A stretch of DNA of 32,000 nucleotides, from the NCBI RefSeq assembly GCF_000829315.1, contig NZ_AP013028.1, positions 1,110,001-1,142,000 of the forward strand. The letters run 5' to 3'. Source of the stretch: Wolbachia endosymbiont of Cimex lectularius (GTDB lineage Bacteria > Pseudomonadota > Alphaproteobacteria > Rickettsiales > Anaplasmataceae). Made by a program: the position numbers and the translations under genes. The notes beneath the pieces were generated by a model, which was not told the DNA's origin, did no database searches, and saw only the letters and a list, made by a program, of their open reading frames with translations. This document shows positions 1 to 7,970 of this stretch, piece after piece (position 1 is the stretch's first letter; the number at the start of each line of letters is the position of its first letter).

Positions 1-2
1 TT

Positions 3-446
3 TCTTTAATTGCTGATATTAAAGGCGTTAAGTTAATTGAGGACTATGCCCATCATCCAAATGAAATACAGGCAACTCTGGCAGCAGCGCGCTTGATCAC
101 TAAAGGAAAGGTAATAGGAATTATCGAACCGCTCCGTTTTGCTCGCATTCGTAATTTTTTTGATGAATTCGTACAAGTTTTTATGATGTTTGACTATGTC
201 ATCCTCACTCCTGTTCATCCCCCAGAAGATGAGCCTATTCCCGGTTGTAGAATTGATGATATACAAAAAGCCTTAATCAGCAATGGGTTTAGTAATGTAG
301 AGATTATGAATAATGCTTTGCTCATTTCACATTTCATCAATGATTCGACAAATTCAAGTGATGTAGTACTATTTATTGGTGCTGGTGGTAATATAGCCAA
401 ACTAGCGAAAGAAACTGCAGCACTTATGTCGAAAATAGAGGTTTAA
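3..446 (+). CDS. murC: UDP-N-acetylmuramate--L-alanine ligase, C-terminal part (5' end outside window)
   Basis: The frame is open from the window edge. The translation [30 protein letters not shown]... carries the DDYAHHPxEI-type motif of the Mur ligase C-terminal domain. The stop lies 1 nt before the eno start. Confidence 0.6.
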   Translation, partial: SLIADIKGVKLIEDYAHHPNEIQATLAAARLITKGKVIGIIEPLRFARIRNFFDEFVQVFMMFDYVILTPVHPPEDEPIPGCRIDDIQKALISNGFSNVEIMNNALLISHFINDSTNSSDVVLFIGAGGNIAKLAKETAALMSKIEV

Positions 447-447
447 C

Positions 448-1725
448 ATGATGAAAAAGATAATTAACAATGTATTTGCAAGAGAAATTTTGGATAGCAG
501 GGGTTACCCAACCGTTGAGGTAGAAGTTGAGCTCTGCGATGGAGCAACAGATAGAGCTTCCGTACCTTCTGGAGCTTCAACCGGTAAACTAGAAGCCTTA
601 GAACTGAGGGATCAAGATGAAAAAAGATATTGTGGTAAAGGAGTGCTGAAAGCTGTTCAGTCTGTGAATGGAGTGATAGCAAATGAAATTGTTGGCATGG
701 ATGCAGCAAACCAGGGTGTGATTGATAAGGCTTTAATAGAGCTAGATGGAACGCAAAACAAATCTAAGCTTGGAGCAAACGCAACTTTAGTGGTGTCTCT
801 TGCCGTTGCAAAAGCAGCGGCAAACAGTTTCAAAATGCCACTATATAAATATTTAGGGGGAGAGCAGGCAAGTGTCGTGCCGGTTCCACTCATTAACATA
901 ATCAATGGCGGGGTACATGCGGACAATGAACTCGATTTTCAAGAATTTATGATTCTTCCTGTTGGGGCTGAAACTTTCAGTGAAGCGATCAGAATGTCTG
1001 CAGAGGTGTTTCATAATTTGCGCAGCATTCTCAAGAAAAAGGGTTACAGCACAAATGTAGGAGATGAAGGCGGTTTTGCACCGAATATCGAAAGCACCGA
1101 AGAAGCTCTTAATCTGATAATTCAGGCTGTAGAGTCTGCCGGTTATTCGATGCAAAGTCACTTTGCACTGGGTCTTGACGTTGCTTCATCTACTTTTTAT
1201 GAAGATAAAATTTACAAATTTGAAAATAGAAAGCTTACTTCAGAGGAATTGGCTGGGTACTATTGCGGCCTTGTCGAAAAATATCCTATAATTTCCATAG
1301 AAGATGCGATGAGTGAAGATGACTACGAAGGCTGGAGGTTACTTACTGCAAGGCTGGGAAATAAAATTCAATTGGTCGGGGATGATTTGTTTGTTACAAA
1401 TTGTGAGCTAATACGCAAAGGAATAGAGGAAAAAATGGCAAATGCTGTACTAATTAAACCAAATCAGATAGGAACATTAACGGAAACTTTGGCCGCTATT
1501 GAAATGGCAAAATCGAATGGCTACAAAGCCGTCATTTCTCATCGATCAGGTGAAACAGAAGACACAACGATATCTCATATAGCAATTGCGTCAAATTGCG
1601 GACAAATAAAGACTGGCTCGCTATCGCGTTCTGATAGACTTGCAAAGTACAACGAGCTAATGAGAATAGAAAGCACGCTGGGAGAAAGTGCTAAATACTA
1701 TCGTGGGTTGGCATGGACTTCATAG
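448..1725 (+). CDS. eno: Enolase (phosphopyruvate hydratase)
   Basis: 425 aa ORF. It has the N-terminal [17 protein letters not shown] motif, the [12 protein letters not shown] motif and [16 protein letters not shown], which are canonical enolase signatures. Confidence 0.97.
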   Translation: MMKKIINNVFAREILDSRGYPTVEVEVELCDGATDRASVPSGASTGKLEALELRDQDEKRYCGKGVLKAVQSVNGVIANEIVGMDAANQGVIDKALIELDGTQNKSKLGANATLVVSLAVAKAAANSFKMPLYKYLGGEQASVVPVPLINIINGGVHADNELDFQEFMILPVGAETFSEAIRMSAEVFHNLRSILKKKGYSTNVGDEGGFAPNIESTEEALNLIIQAVESAGYSMQSHFALGLDVASSTFYEDKIYKFENRKLTSEELAGYYCGLVEKYPIISIEDAMSEDDYEGWRLLTARLGNKIQLVGDDLFVTNCELIRKGIEEKMANAVLIKPNQIGTLTETLAAIEMAKSNGYKAVISHRSGETEDTTISHIAIASNCGQIKTGSLSRSDRLAKYNELMRIESTLGESAKYYRGLAWTS

Positions 1726-2735
1726 ACGAAGTTAGATTGTATCTAAAGGCTGGTGATGGCGGTGATGGCTGCGCGAGTTTTCGTCGAGAAAAATTCGTCG
1801 AATTTGGTGGTCCAAACGGTGGTAATGGAGGGAAGGGAGGAGACATAGTTTTTGTCAGCGATGCAAATCTCAACACTTTGCTTAATTTCCGTTATAGGAG
1901 ACACATTAAAGCAAACGATGGAAAAAGTGGTGCAAGCAGAGATAGGTCTGGCACAGCAGGAAAAGACGTCGTACTTAAAGTTCCGGTTGGGACACAAATA
2001 ATCGATGAAGAAAGTGAGGAGGTGATAGTAGACCTTGATAAACCTGAGATGGAATTCCAAGTAGTGCAAGGTGGAAAAGGTGGACTGGGAAACACCAATT
2101 TTAAATCTTCTACTAACAGGGCACCAAGACATTTTACCTACGGCCAGCCTGGCGAAGAAAAATATGTATTATTAAAACTAAAAGTTTTATCTGACGTTGG
2201 CATTATCGGCATGCCAAATGCAGGTAAATCGAAGTTTTTAACTCGCTGTTCAAATGCAGATACAAAAGTAGGTGATTATCCATTCACCACGATAAGACCA
2301 CATTTAGGTGTAGCAAAAGTGGGTGATAGCGAAATTGTAATAGCAGATATTCCTGGAATAATCTCCGATGCTCACCTTGGAGTTGGGCTTGGACATAAAT
2401 TTTTGAAGCACATAGAAAGGTGTAAAATTTTACTGCATTTAATTGATGTAACTCACGATGATGTCATTTCAGCGTATGATTGCACACACAATGAGTTAGA
2501 GCTTTACAATAGTGATCTTGTTAGAAAAGAGGAAGTTGTGGTGTTAAACAAATGTGACTTATCGGAAGAAGCAGAAATTCTGGAGAAGAAGAATCATTTG
2601 GCTAACTATCTTGATAAAGAAGTACTATGCTTATCAATTGATGATGATTTACAGCCCATTTTAAGGTTATTAAGTGAAAAATTGAAAAAGAACAACCCTA
2701 GGGAAACTGATGTATATGATCCTTTTAAGGCATGA
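1713..2735 (+). CDS. obgE: GTPase Obg/CgtA
   Basis: 340 aa ORF with the glycine-rich Obg fold ([30 protein letters not shown]), the P-loop [12 protein letters not shown] and NKCD G-motifs. The start overlaps the eno 3' end by 13 nt. Confidence 0.95.
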   Translation: MDFIDEVRLYLKAGDGGDGCASFRREKFVEFGGPNGGNGGKGGDIVFVSDANLNTLLNFRYRRHIKANDGKSGASRDRSGTAGKDVVLKVPVGTQIIDEESEEVIVDLDKPEMEFQVVQGGKGGLGNTNFKSSTNRAPRHFTYGQPGEEKYVLLKLKVLSDVGIIGMPNAGKSKFLTRCSNADTKVGDYPFTTIRPHLGVAKVGDSEIVIADIPGIISDAHLGVGLGHKFLKHIERCKILLHLIDVTHDDVISAYDCTHNELELYNSDLVRKEEVVVLNKCDLSEEAEILEKKNHLANYLDKEVLCLSIDDDLQPILRLLSEKLKKNNPRETDVYDPFKA

Positions 2736-3160
2736 ATTTCCCGTTCAATGGCCACGTGTAAACAAGTCCGATATTACTTCCACCGACTTGAGCAATTTTC
2801 TGTTAAGAATGTGATATTTTAGACATAAAGTCCCCTCATGTAAAAAATTCAGAAAAAATGCAACGCACATACGACAGAGATTAAGCACGTGTGTGCACCC
2901 ACGCACACTGAAGAAGATACGCTACATTTTTTTTTGTTGTTTAATAAAAAAAGTCTGCAGACGGAGATAGATTTTGAGCTCTCTAAATATCTCTACTGTA
3001 ATTATAGTAACACTGGATAAATAGGCGAAGTAATTTTTTACTGGAAATCCATTTTATGCCAAATCTCTATGGTAAATTAAAAAGTTTCCCCTACGATAAG
3101 AGATTTAGCGAATTTATTATGTATCTTGTTTGATAACGAAAGTTGGTGTAACCTTTATGC

Positions 3161-3524
3161 TTAAGAAATTTACTAAATAAAAAAAAAGCAAAAGAAACCC
3201 CGTGGTGGCTAGTTATTTACTTTTGTGTCGAAATATCGGCGTTTTTTTTATTCTAAACGCTTGATGAATGCGACTTAGCTGCAAACGTTTAAAAAATTTA
3301 CTAAACAGAAAAAGCAGCAAAAGAAACCCCGGTAGCTAGTTATTTACTATCTATCCTATAATATTGGCGTTTTTTTATGTTTGAAACGACTTATAAGCGC
3401 GTTTGAGCTTGTATAGGTAAGAAACCAGAAGTTTTTTTGTCGTTTAATCTGCACAGGCTGAAGATAAATAATAGCTTCAGTCTTATAATAACAGGGTTGG
3501 CGAAGGTTGTCAAGTAGTTTTTTT
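3161..3524 (+). repeat. Composite dispersed repeat, copy C1 (two tandem units of about 128 bp plus conserved tail)
   Basis: Units start at 3161 and 3289 (TTAAGAAATTTAC / TTAAAAAATTTAC). The conserved block AACGACTTATAAGCGCGTTTGAGCTTGTATAGG lies at 3385-3417. The tail ends GGCGAAGGTTGTCAAGTAGTTTTT at about 3524. It aligns with 14460-14892 and 25660-26040. Confidence 0.8.
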
Positions 3525-3606
3525 GACTCTGTTTCTATGAACTACTTGGATGACACAGTTTTCGTATAGTAGGAGCATCTGTGAAGCCTATGTTCTACAA
3601 CAGAAC

Positions 3607-3906
3607 CTACTTAGGTATGAAATTACTCGCGTAAGACTTTGGGCGTCTCTTAATGTCTTTTGGCATTTCAATTATATATTTAGCATTGCGTCTTTTTGCG
3701 TAAAATACCGCTTTTTCAAGGGAATCAAACTTTAATACAATCTGTTTTTTGGGGTTTTTTGAGCCAACCCATCCCATCAGAGGTTCAATATAGTAAGGAT
3801 CAGGTTCAGTTCTTAGGTGCCAAAAGTGTGTATTACCTAAGCCAGATTGTGTTGCAGTTCTTGTTGGTTTGTAAATCTTAAAAACTACTCTATCATCAAT
3901 GCTCAT
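3607..3906 (-). CDS. ETC complex I subunit conserved-region protein (NDUFS4-like)
   Basis: 99 aa ORF, MSIDDRVVFKIYKPTRTATQSG...WHLRTEP...PLMGWVGS. This matches the pattern of the small alphaproteobacterial NDUFS4 / ETC_C1_NDUFA4-type protein. Confidence 0.8.
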   Translation of the reverse strand: MSIDDRVVFKIYKPTRTATQSGLGNTHFWHLRTEPDPYYIEPLMGWVGSKNPKKQIVLKFDSLEKAVFYAKRRNAKYIIEMPKDIKRRPKSYASNFIPK

Positions 3907-4058
3907 GGCTTTTGCTAAATAAACTAAAATATATACCTAAATAAATCCCTGTACAAACAATTAACGTGGGCTCCTTTTCTCTTTATAATGGAACAATATA
4001 GTTTTTACAAATTCAAAAATCAGTGTTAAATAAAGGTATAAACATAAAAAGAAAAAAA

Positions 4059-4703
4059 ATGATTGAACTTAAAGGTCCAGAAATTTGTGCGAGTGGAAAT
4101 AAGAAAAATTTAATTGTTTGCTTACACGGCTGGGGATCAAGCGGTGATAACTTTGTTCATCTTGCTAAAGTTATGGGCAAATCTTTATCTGATTCATGTT
4201 TTATAGCACCAAGTGCTCCATTTGAAAGGGAAATAGGTGATGGTTATCAATGGTTCAGCTTAGAGGATCGCAGTGAAGAGGCGCTATATAATGGAGTAAA
4301 GAGTGCTGCATCGATAGTAAATCATTTTATTGATACGAAGTTAAAAGAGCTTAGCTTAAATGATGCACAGCTTTCTTTGATTGGGTTTTCCCAGGGGGCA
4401 ATGCTTGCAATACACACAGCTCTTACCCGCTCTCAGTCTTGTGCATCGGTTGTTGCATATTCTGGTAGGTTTCTTTCACCTTCAAAAGTTGCACCAGAGA
4501 TCAAATCAAAGCCCAACATGTGCATTATCCACGGTGATGCTGACGATGTAGTACCTTTTTCTTCTCTTGATTTGACAGTTAAAGCTCTGAAAGAAAATGG
4601 AATAAATGTTGAGGGGCACCCAATTCATGCGTTGGGCCACATTATCAATGAAGAAGGAATAAGATTGGGTGTAGAATTTATTAAGAAAAATTTCAAAAAC
4701 TAA
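4059..4703 (+). CDS. Phospholipase/carboxylesterase family alpha/beta hydrolase
   Basis: Contains LHGWGSSGDNF, the nucleophile elbow GFSQGA, HGDADDVVP and a C-terminal GH, giving a Ser-Asp-His triad layout. ATG 4059 is preferred over the upstream GTG 4023 listed in the ORF track. Confidence 0.8.
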   Translation: MIELKGPEICASGNKKNLIVCLHGWGSSGDNFVHLAKVMGKSLSDSCFIAPSAPFEREIGDGYQWFSLEDRSEEALYNGVKSAASIVNHFIDTKLKELSLNDAQLSLIGFSQGAMLAIHTALTRSQSCASVVAYSGRFLSPSKVAPEIKSKPNMCIIHGDADDVVPFSSLDLTVKALKENGINVEGHPIHALGHIINEEGIRLGVEFIKKNFKN

Positions 4704-4708
4704 TTTTC

Positions 4709-5521
4709 ATGCACTTGTTTTGCTTCGGTTATGGATATGTAGCTAGGTTTCTATCGAAAAAGTTACTGAATTTAGATTGGAAAGTTAGCGGCACTTCAAG
4801 AAATCAAGGTATACGAAGCGTTAGTCTCTTTAATTACAATGAAGTGAGCAAAGATACATTTCAAGATGTAACACATATTTTAATTTCCATCCCGCCAGAT
4901 GGTGATGATGTGCTGGAGAGATATGGTCATTGCTTTCAAAATGTCAAATGGCTTGGTTATCTATCTGCAACTAGTGTCTATGGCGACCACGCTGGTAATT
5001 GGGTTACAGAAGAATCTGAAACAAAACCTGCAGAACACAGAGGAGAAAATCGCCTTAGATCCGAAAAGAAATGGCTAAATAGCAATTTACCTGTTCATGT
5101 TTTTCGTTTGGCTGGAATATACGGTCCCGGTAGAAACGTATTAGTTGATTTGCAACTCAGTAAAGCAAGAAATGTGCGAAAAGAAGGACATTTTTTTTCT
5201 CGTATTCATGTTGAAGATATATCGAATATTTTATTTTCTTCCATGCAAAGCATAAAACCCGGTGAAATATACAATTGTGCAGACGACTTGCCCGCTACAC
5301 AATCTGAAGTGGTAGTATACGCGGCAAAACTTCTGAATGTTAGTGCGCCAGAGCCAGTGGAGGTTTCTTCCTTGCCTAACTGTGCGCAGAGTTTTTATTT
5401 AGGGTCAAAAAAAGTAAGCAATGTTAAAGTTAAAAGAGATCTTGGCATCTCTCTAGTTTATCCTAACTATAAGGTAGGGTTGGAGAGCTTATACGCTGAA
5501 GAGTTGAAGTCACATATTTAA
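4709..5521 (+). CDS. NAD(P)-binding SDR/epimerase family protein (YeeZ-like)
   Basis: 270 aa ORF with an N-terminal degenerate Rossmann turn (FGYGYVA), SATSVYGD and RLAGIYGPGRN, resembling E. coli YeeZ-type proteins. Confidence 0.7.
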   Translation: MHLFCFGYGYVARFLSKKLLNLDWKVSGTSRNQGIRSVSLFNYNEVSKDTFQDVTHILISIPPDGDDVLERYGHCFQNVKWLGYLSATSVYGDHAGNWVTEESETKPAEHRGENRLRSEKKWLNSNLPVHVFRLAGIYGPGRNVLVDLQLSKARNVRKEGHFFSRIHVEDISNILFSSMQSIKPGEIYNCADDLPATQSEVVVYAAKLLNVSAPEPVEVSSLPNCAQSFYLGSKKVSNVKVKRDLGISLVYPNYKVGLESLYAEELKSHI

Positions 5522-5560
5522 TATCTATTCAGAGGCATGATGAATATTGAAGCAAAAGTG

Positions 5561-5811
5561 GTGTCATGTAAGTAGCTGATACATGGTTGTACGAATATCG
5601 CAATTTGAGCCTACCAGGAGGATGTTATCCCAGTGCCCAGACACTGGGATCCAGCAAAACTGATCATAAACAAGAGCACTATACAGCATTTTCAATGAGA
5701 CTACCAAAAACTGGATGCCAGTGTCAAGCACTGGCATGACACCATTTTTTGTATAAATTACTCTTACAAACAAATGTTCGTACAACCATGTGTCAGCTAC
5801 TTGTATGACAT
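5561..5811. mobile_element. Palindromic MITE-like element M1
   Basis: The terminal inverted repeats are about 35 bp: GTGTCATGTAAGTAGCTGATACATGGTTGTACGAA at 5561-5595, and the reverse complement of 5777-5811, with about 31/35 matching. Two internal hairpin modules lie at 5621-5654 and 5711-5743. There is no credible coding capacity. Confidence 0.75.
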
Positions 5812-5896
5812 CTTTTAAAAAAGGCAGAGGTGATAGATTTTGATGAGGATATAATTGAAAGCTTGAACAGGCTATGTTAACCCTTACAAGCCTAAG

Positions 5897-5929
5897 TAAA
5901 AGGAAGAGGCAGAAATTACTCTACCTCTT
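5897..5929 (-). terminator. Candidate intrinsic terminator of the 5950-6660 gene
   Basis: On the minus strand, a 9-bp stem with one mismatch (AAGAGGTAG ... CTGCCTCTT) is followed by CCTTTT. It begins about 20 nt downstream of the stop. Confidence 0.45.
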
Positions 5930-5949
5930 ATTGGTTAACTTTAAGCTGC

Positions 5950-6660
5950 TTACTTACCAGTAGCTTTTTTTATAGCTCCCTCTATTGCAACATCTGCTAA
6001 TTTAGCTGATACGCCGTCTTTTAAAGTTTCATGGTCTTGGTTACTTACTGCAACTTTTAATGAAGTAGCATTTTCAGCCGCACCTAACGCTTTCATTATT
6101 TCAGCATGATTACTGTATTTGGTTTCACCAACTTCAATCGAATCCACTGTAATAACATTTTCATTAACAGTATAGTTGAGAACGGTTGTATCTTTACCTA
6201 TTGAGAACAGGTACAGAACTTTACCTGTGTTGTTCTTCGTTAATGCTTCTTTAACCTGATTCGAAAGTTTCAGAAGTAATTTATTACCTTCTCCTTTAAC
6301 AATTTCACCACTCTTTACAGCATCACCAAGAAGAGCAGAGAAGTCTGCATCGTTACCATTTACACCAGGCGTACCATCTTGACCCTTAGCTCCTTCCATT
6401 GAATACAGTTGCTGATATGAAGAAATAGATCTTGCGACGAAGTATATAGCAACATAGGAAACTATTGCTGCTATTACCCAAGGGTTAGCAAGAAATGCTG
6501 GGAGTGCTGAAGAAAGTGCTACCCCTTTCGCTGCAGCATAAATAACGGTTGCCGCTGTTGCTACAGCTGCAACTGCAAACCCAAATTCCATAGTTGTTTT
6601 TGTGATATGTGCAGTGTTTTTCAACTTCCATATGCTTTGATCTTGTGTTTGTACAGTCAT
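5950..6660 (-). CDS. Hypothetical membrane-anchored protein with a short collagen-like G-X-Y run
   Basis: 236 aa ORF with two N-terminal hydrophobic helices (FGFAVAAVATAATVIYAAA, WVIAAIVSYVAIYFVA), then GAKGQDGTPGVNG and a hydrophilic C-terminal domain. I recognise no family. Confidence 0.6.
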   Translation of the reverse strand: MTVQTQDQSIWKLKNTAHITKTTMEFGFAVAAVATAATVIYAAAKGVALSSALPAFLANPWVIAAIVSYVAIYFVARSISSYQQLYSMEGAKGQDGTPGVNGNDADFSALLGDAVKSGEIVKGEGNKLLLKLSNQVKEALTKNNTGKVLYLFSIGKDTTVLNYTVNENVITVDSIEVGETKYSNHAEIMKALGAAENATSLKVAVSNQDHETLKDGVSAKLADVAIEGAIKKATGK

Positions 6661-6804
6661 AATAACCTCTTAAAATAACACTAATAAAAACTTAAATATA
6701 TACTAATAACACATGTTAGTCAAGTCTTTTTTTATAATAATTTAATAAAATAAGTATATTCTGAGTTACTTCCTAAATTGCTACTAATCATGTACAGTTA
6801 ATAT

Positions 6805-7671
6805 ATGATACATGGTTGGCTGAATCTCGACAAAACAATAGGAATTAGTTCTGCACAAGCTGTAACTCAAGTTAAGAAGATTTTTGGAATTAAAAAGGCT
6901 GGTCATTTGGGAACACTTGACCCCTTAGCTTCAGGTGTGTTGCCAATTGCCCTTGGTGAAGCGACAAAAACTATACCATACTTATCTTGTGATTCAAAGG
7001 CATACAATTTCACAATAAAATGGGGAGAGCAAAAAACCACAGACGATTTAGATGGTGATACTATTAAAGCTAGCAACATAAAACCTGAGTATAACCAAAT
7101 AAACTGCGCGATCAAGAACTTTGTTGGTGAGATATCACAAACTCCTCCTCAATTCTCAGCAATAAAAATCAACGGGACAAGGGCGTATAAATTAGCAAGA
7201 AGTGGGCAAAAAGCGAATATAAAGTCCCGCTTAGTGCAGATATATGAACTGAAATTGATCTCTGCTAATACCATAAACAACAGTGCTGATTTTTCTATGT
7301 TATGCGGTAGTGGCGTATATGTGAGGTCAATTGCAAGAGATCTTGGAATTGCATTAAATTGCTTTGGACATATCACACAATTAAGAAGGACCATGGTAGG
7401 CAGTTTTAGAGAAACCGAATCAGTGACAATTGAACGGCTTACAAAAAAAGATAAAATTATCCCCATCGCATCAGCTTTAAAATCAATGTTCAAGGTTGAA
7501 ATTTCCACAGAGGAAGCGGAGAAAATCAGAAAAGGTCAGGAAATCGTATTAAATAACTTGCGTAATTTAAAGAATTATGATATTTTTTGTACGATAGTGG
7601 GTAATGTACCCGTTGCAATCTGCAGTTTTACTTATGGTTGTGTAAAACCTATTCGTGTTTTTAATGTTTGA
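6805..7671 (+). CDS. truB: tRNA pseudouridine(55) synthase
   Basis: Contains GWLNLDKTIGISS and GHLGTLDPLASGVLPIALGEATK (catalytic Asp motif). It sits in the conserved truB-rpsO-pnp order. Confidence 0.93.
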   Translation: MIHGWLNLDKTIGISSAQAVTQVKKIFGIKKAGHLGTLDPLASGVLPIALGEATKTIPYLSCDSKAYNFTIKWGEQKTTDDLDGDTIKASNIKPEYNQINCAIKNFVGEISQTPPQFSAIKINGTRAYKLARSGQKANIKSRLVQIYELKLISANTINNSADFSMLCGSGVYVRSIARDLGIALNCFGHITQLRRTMVGSFRETESVTIERLTKKDKIIPIASALKSMFKVEISTEEAEKIRKGQEIVLNNLRNLKNYDIFCTIVGNVPVAICSFTYGCVKPIRVFNV

Positions 7672-7683
7672 AATGAGGTTTAG

Positions 7684-7956
7684 ATGTCAATAACATCAGA
7701 AAAGAAAAAGAATTTAATAAATGTATATGCAATTAAAGAAAATGACACAGGTTCATCTTTTGTACAATGTGCTATTTTAACCGAAAGGATCAGTAACTTA
7801 ACTGAGCACTTTAAAGTGCACAAGCATGACCATCACTCTAAGCGTGGTTTACTTATATTAATAGGTAGAAGACGCAAACATTTAAATTATATAAAGCATA
7901 AGTTTGGTAATCAGGCCTATCAGGAGTTAATAGAGAAGTTAGGCATTAGAAAATAA
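7684..7956 (+). CDS. rpsO: 30S ribosomal protein S15
   Basis: 90 aa ORF containing [35 protein letters not shown], which is typical of S15. Confidence 0.95.
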   Translation: MSITSEKKKNLINVYAIKENDTGSSFVQCAILTERISNLTEHFKVHKHDHHSKRGLLILIGRRRKHLNYIKHKFGNQAYQELIEKLGIRK

Positions 7957-7970
7957 TCGAGGAATTTTGT

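Noticed and set aside
2736-3160. Search for a structured RNA gene (tmRNA, RNase P RNA, 4.5S or 6S RNA) in the long ORF-free gap
   Set aside because: I could see none of the conserved motifs I know for these RNAs: the GGTTCGA-type T-arm with an acceptor end, the RNase P GAGGAAAGTCC motif, or the SRP GGAAG tetraloop region. The region resembles a decayed repeat copy instead. A covariance-model scan would be needed to be sure.
3161-3524. Whether the tandem units of about 130 bp (here and at 14460 and 25660) could be a CRISPR array
   Set aside because: Only two to three units occur per locus and the whole unit is repeated, not short repeats separated by unique spacers. The period is far longer than CRISPR repeat-spacer units, and no cas genes are present in the window.
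3550-3881. Two 61-aa plus-strand ORFs (3550-3735 and 3696-3881)
   Set aside because: They are antisense to, or overlap, the NDUFS4-like gene, which has clear family signatures.
5564-5785. 73-aa ORF on the minus strand
   Set aside because: It lies entirely inside the palindromic MITE M1. The open frame is a by-product of the inverted-repeat structure, and no RBS or family resemblance is present.
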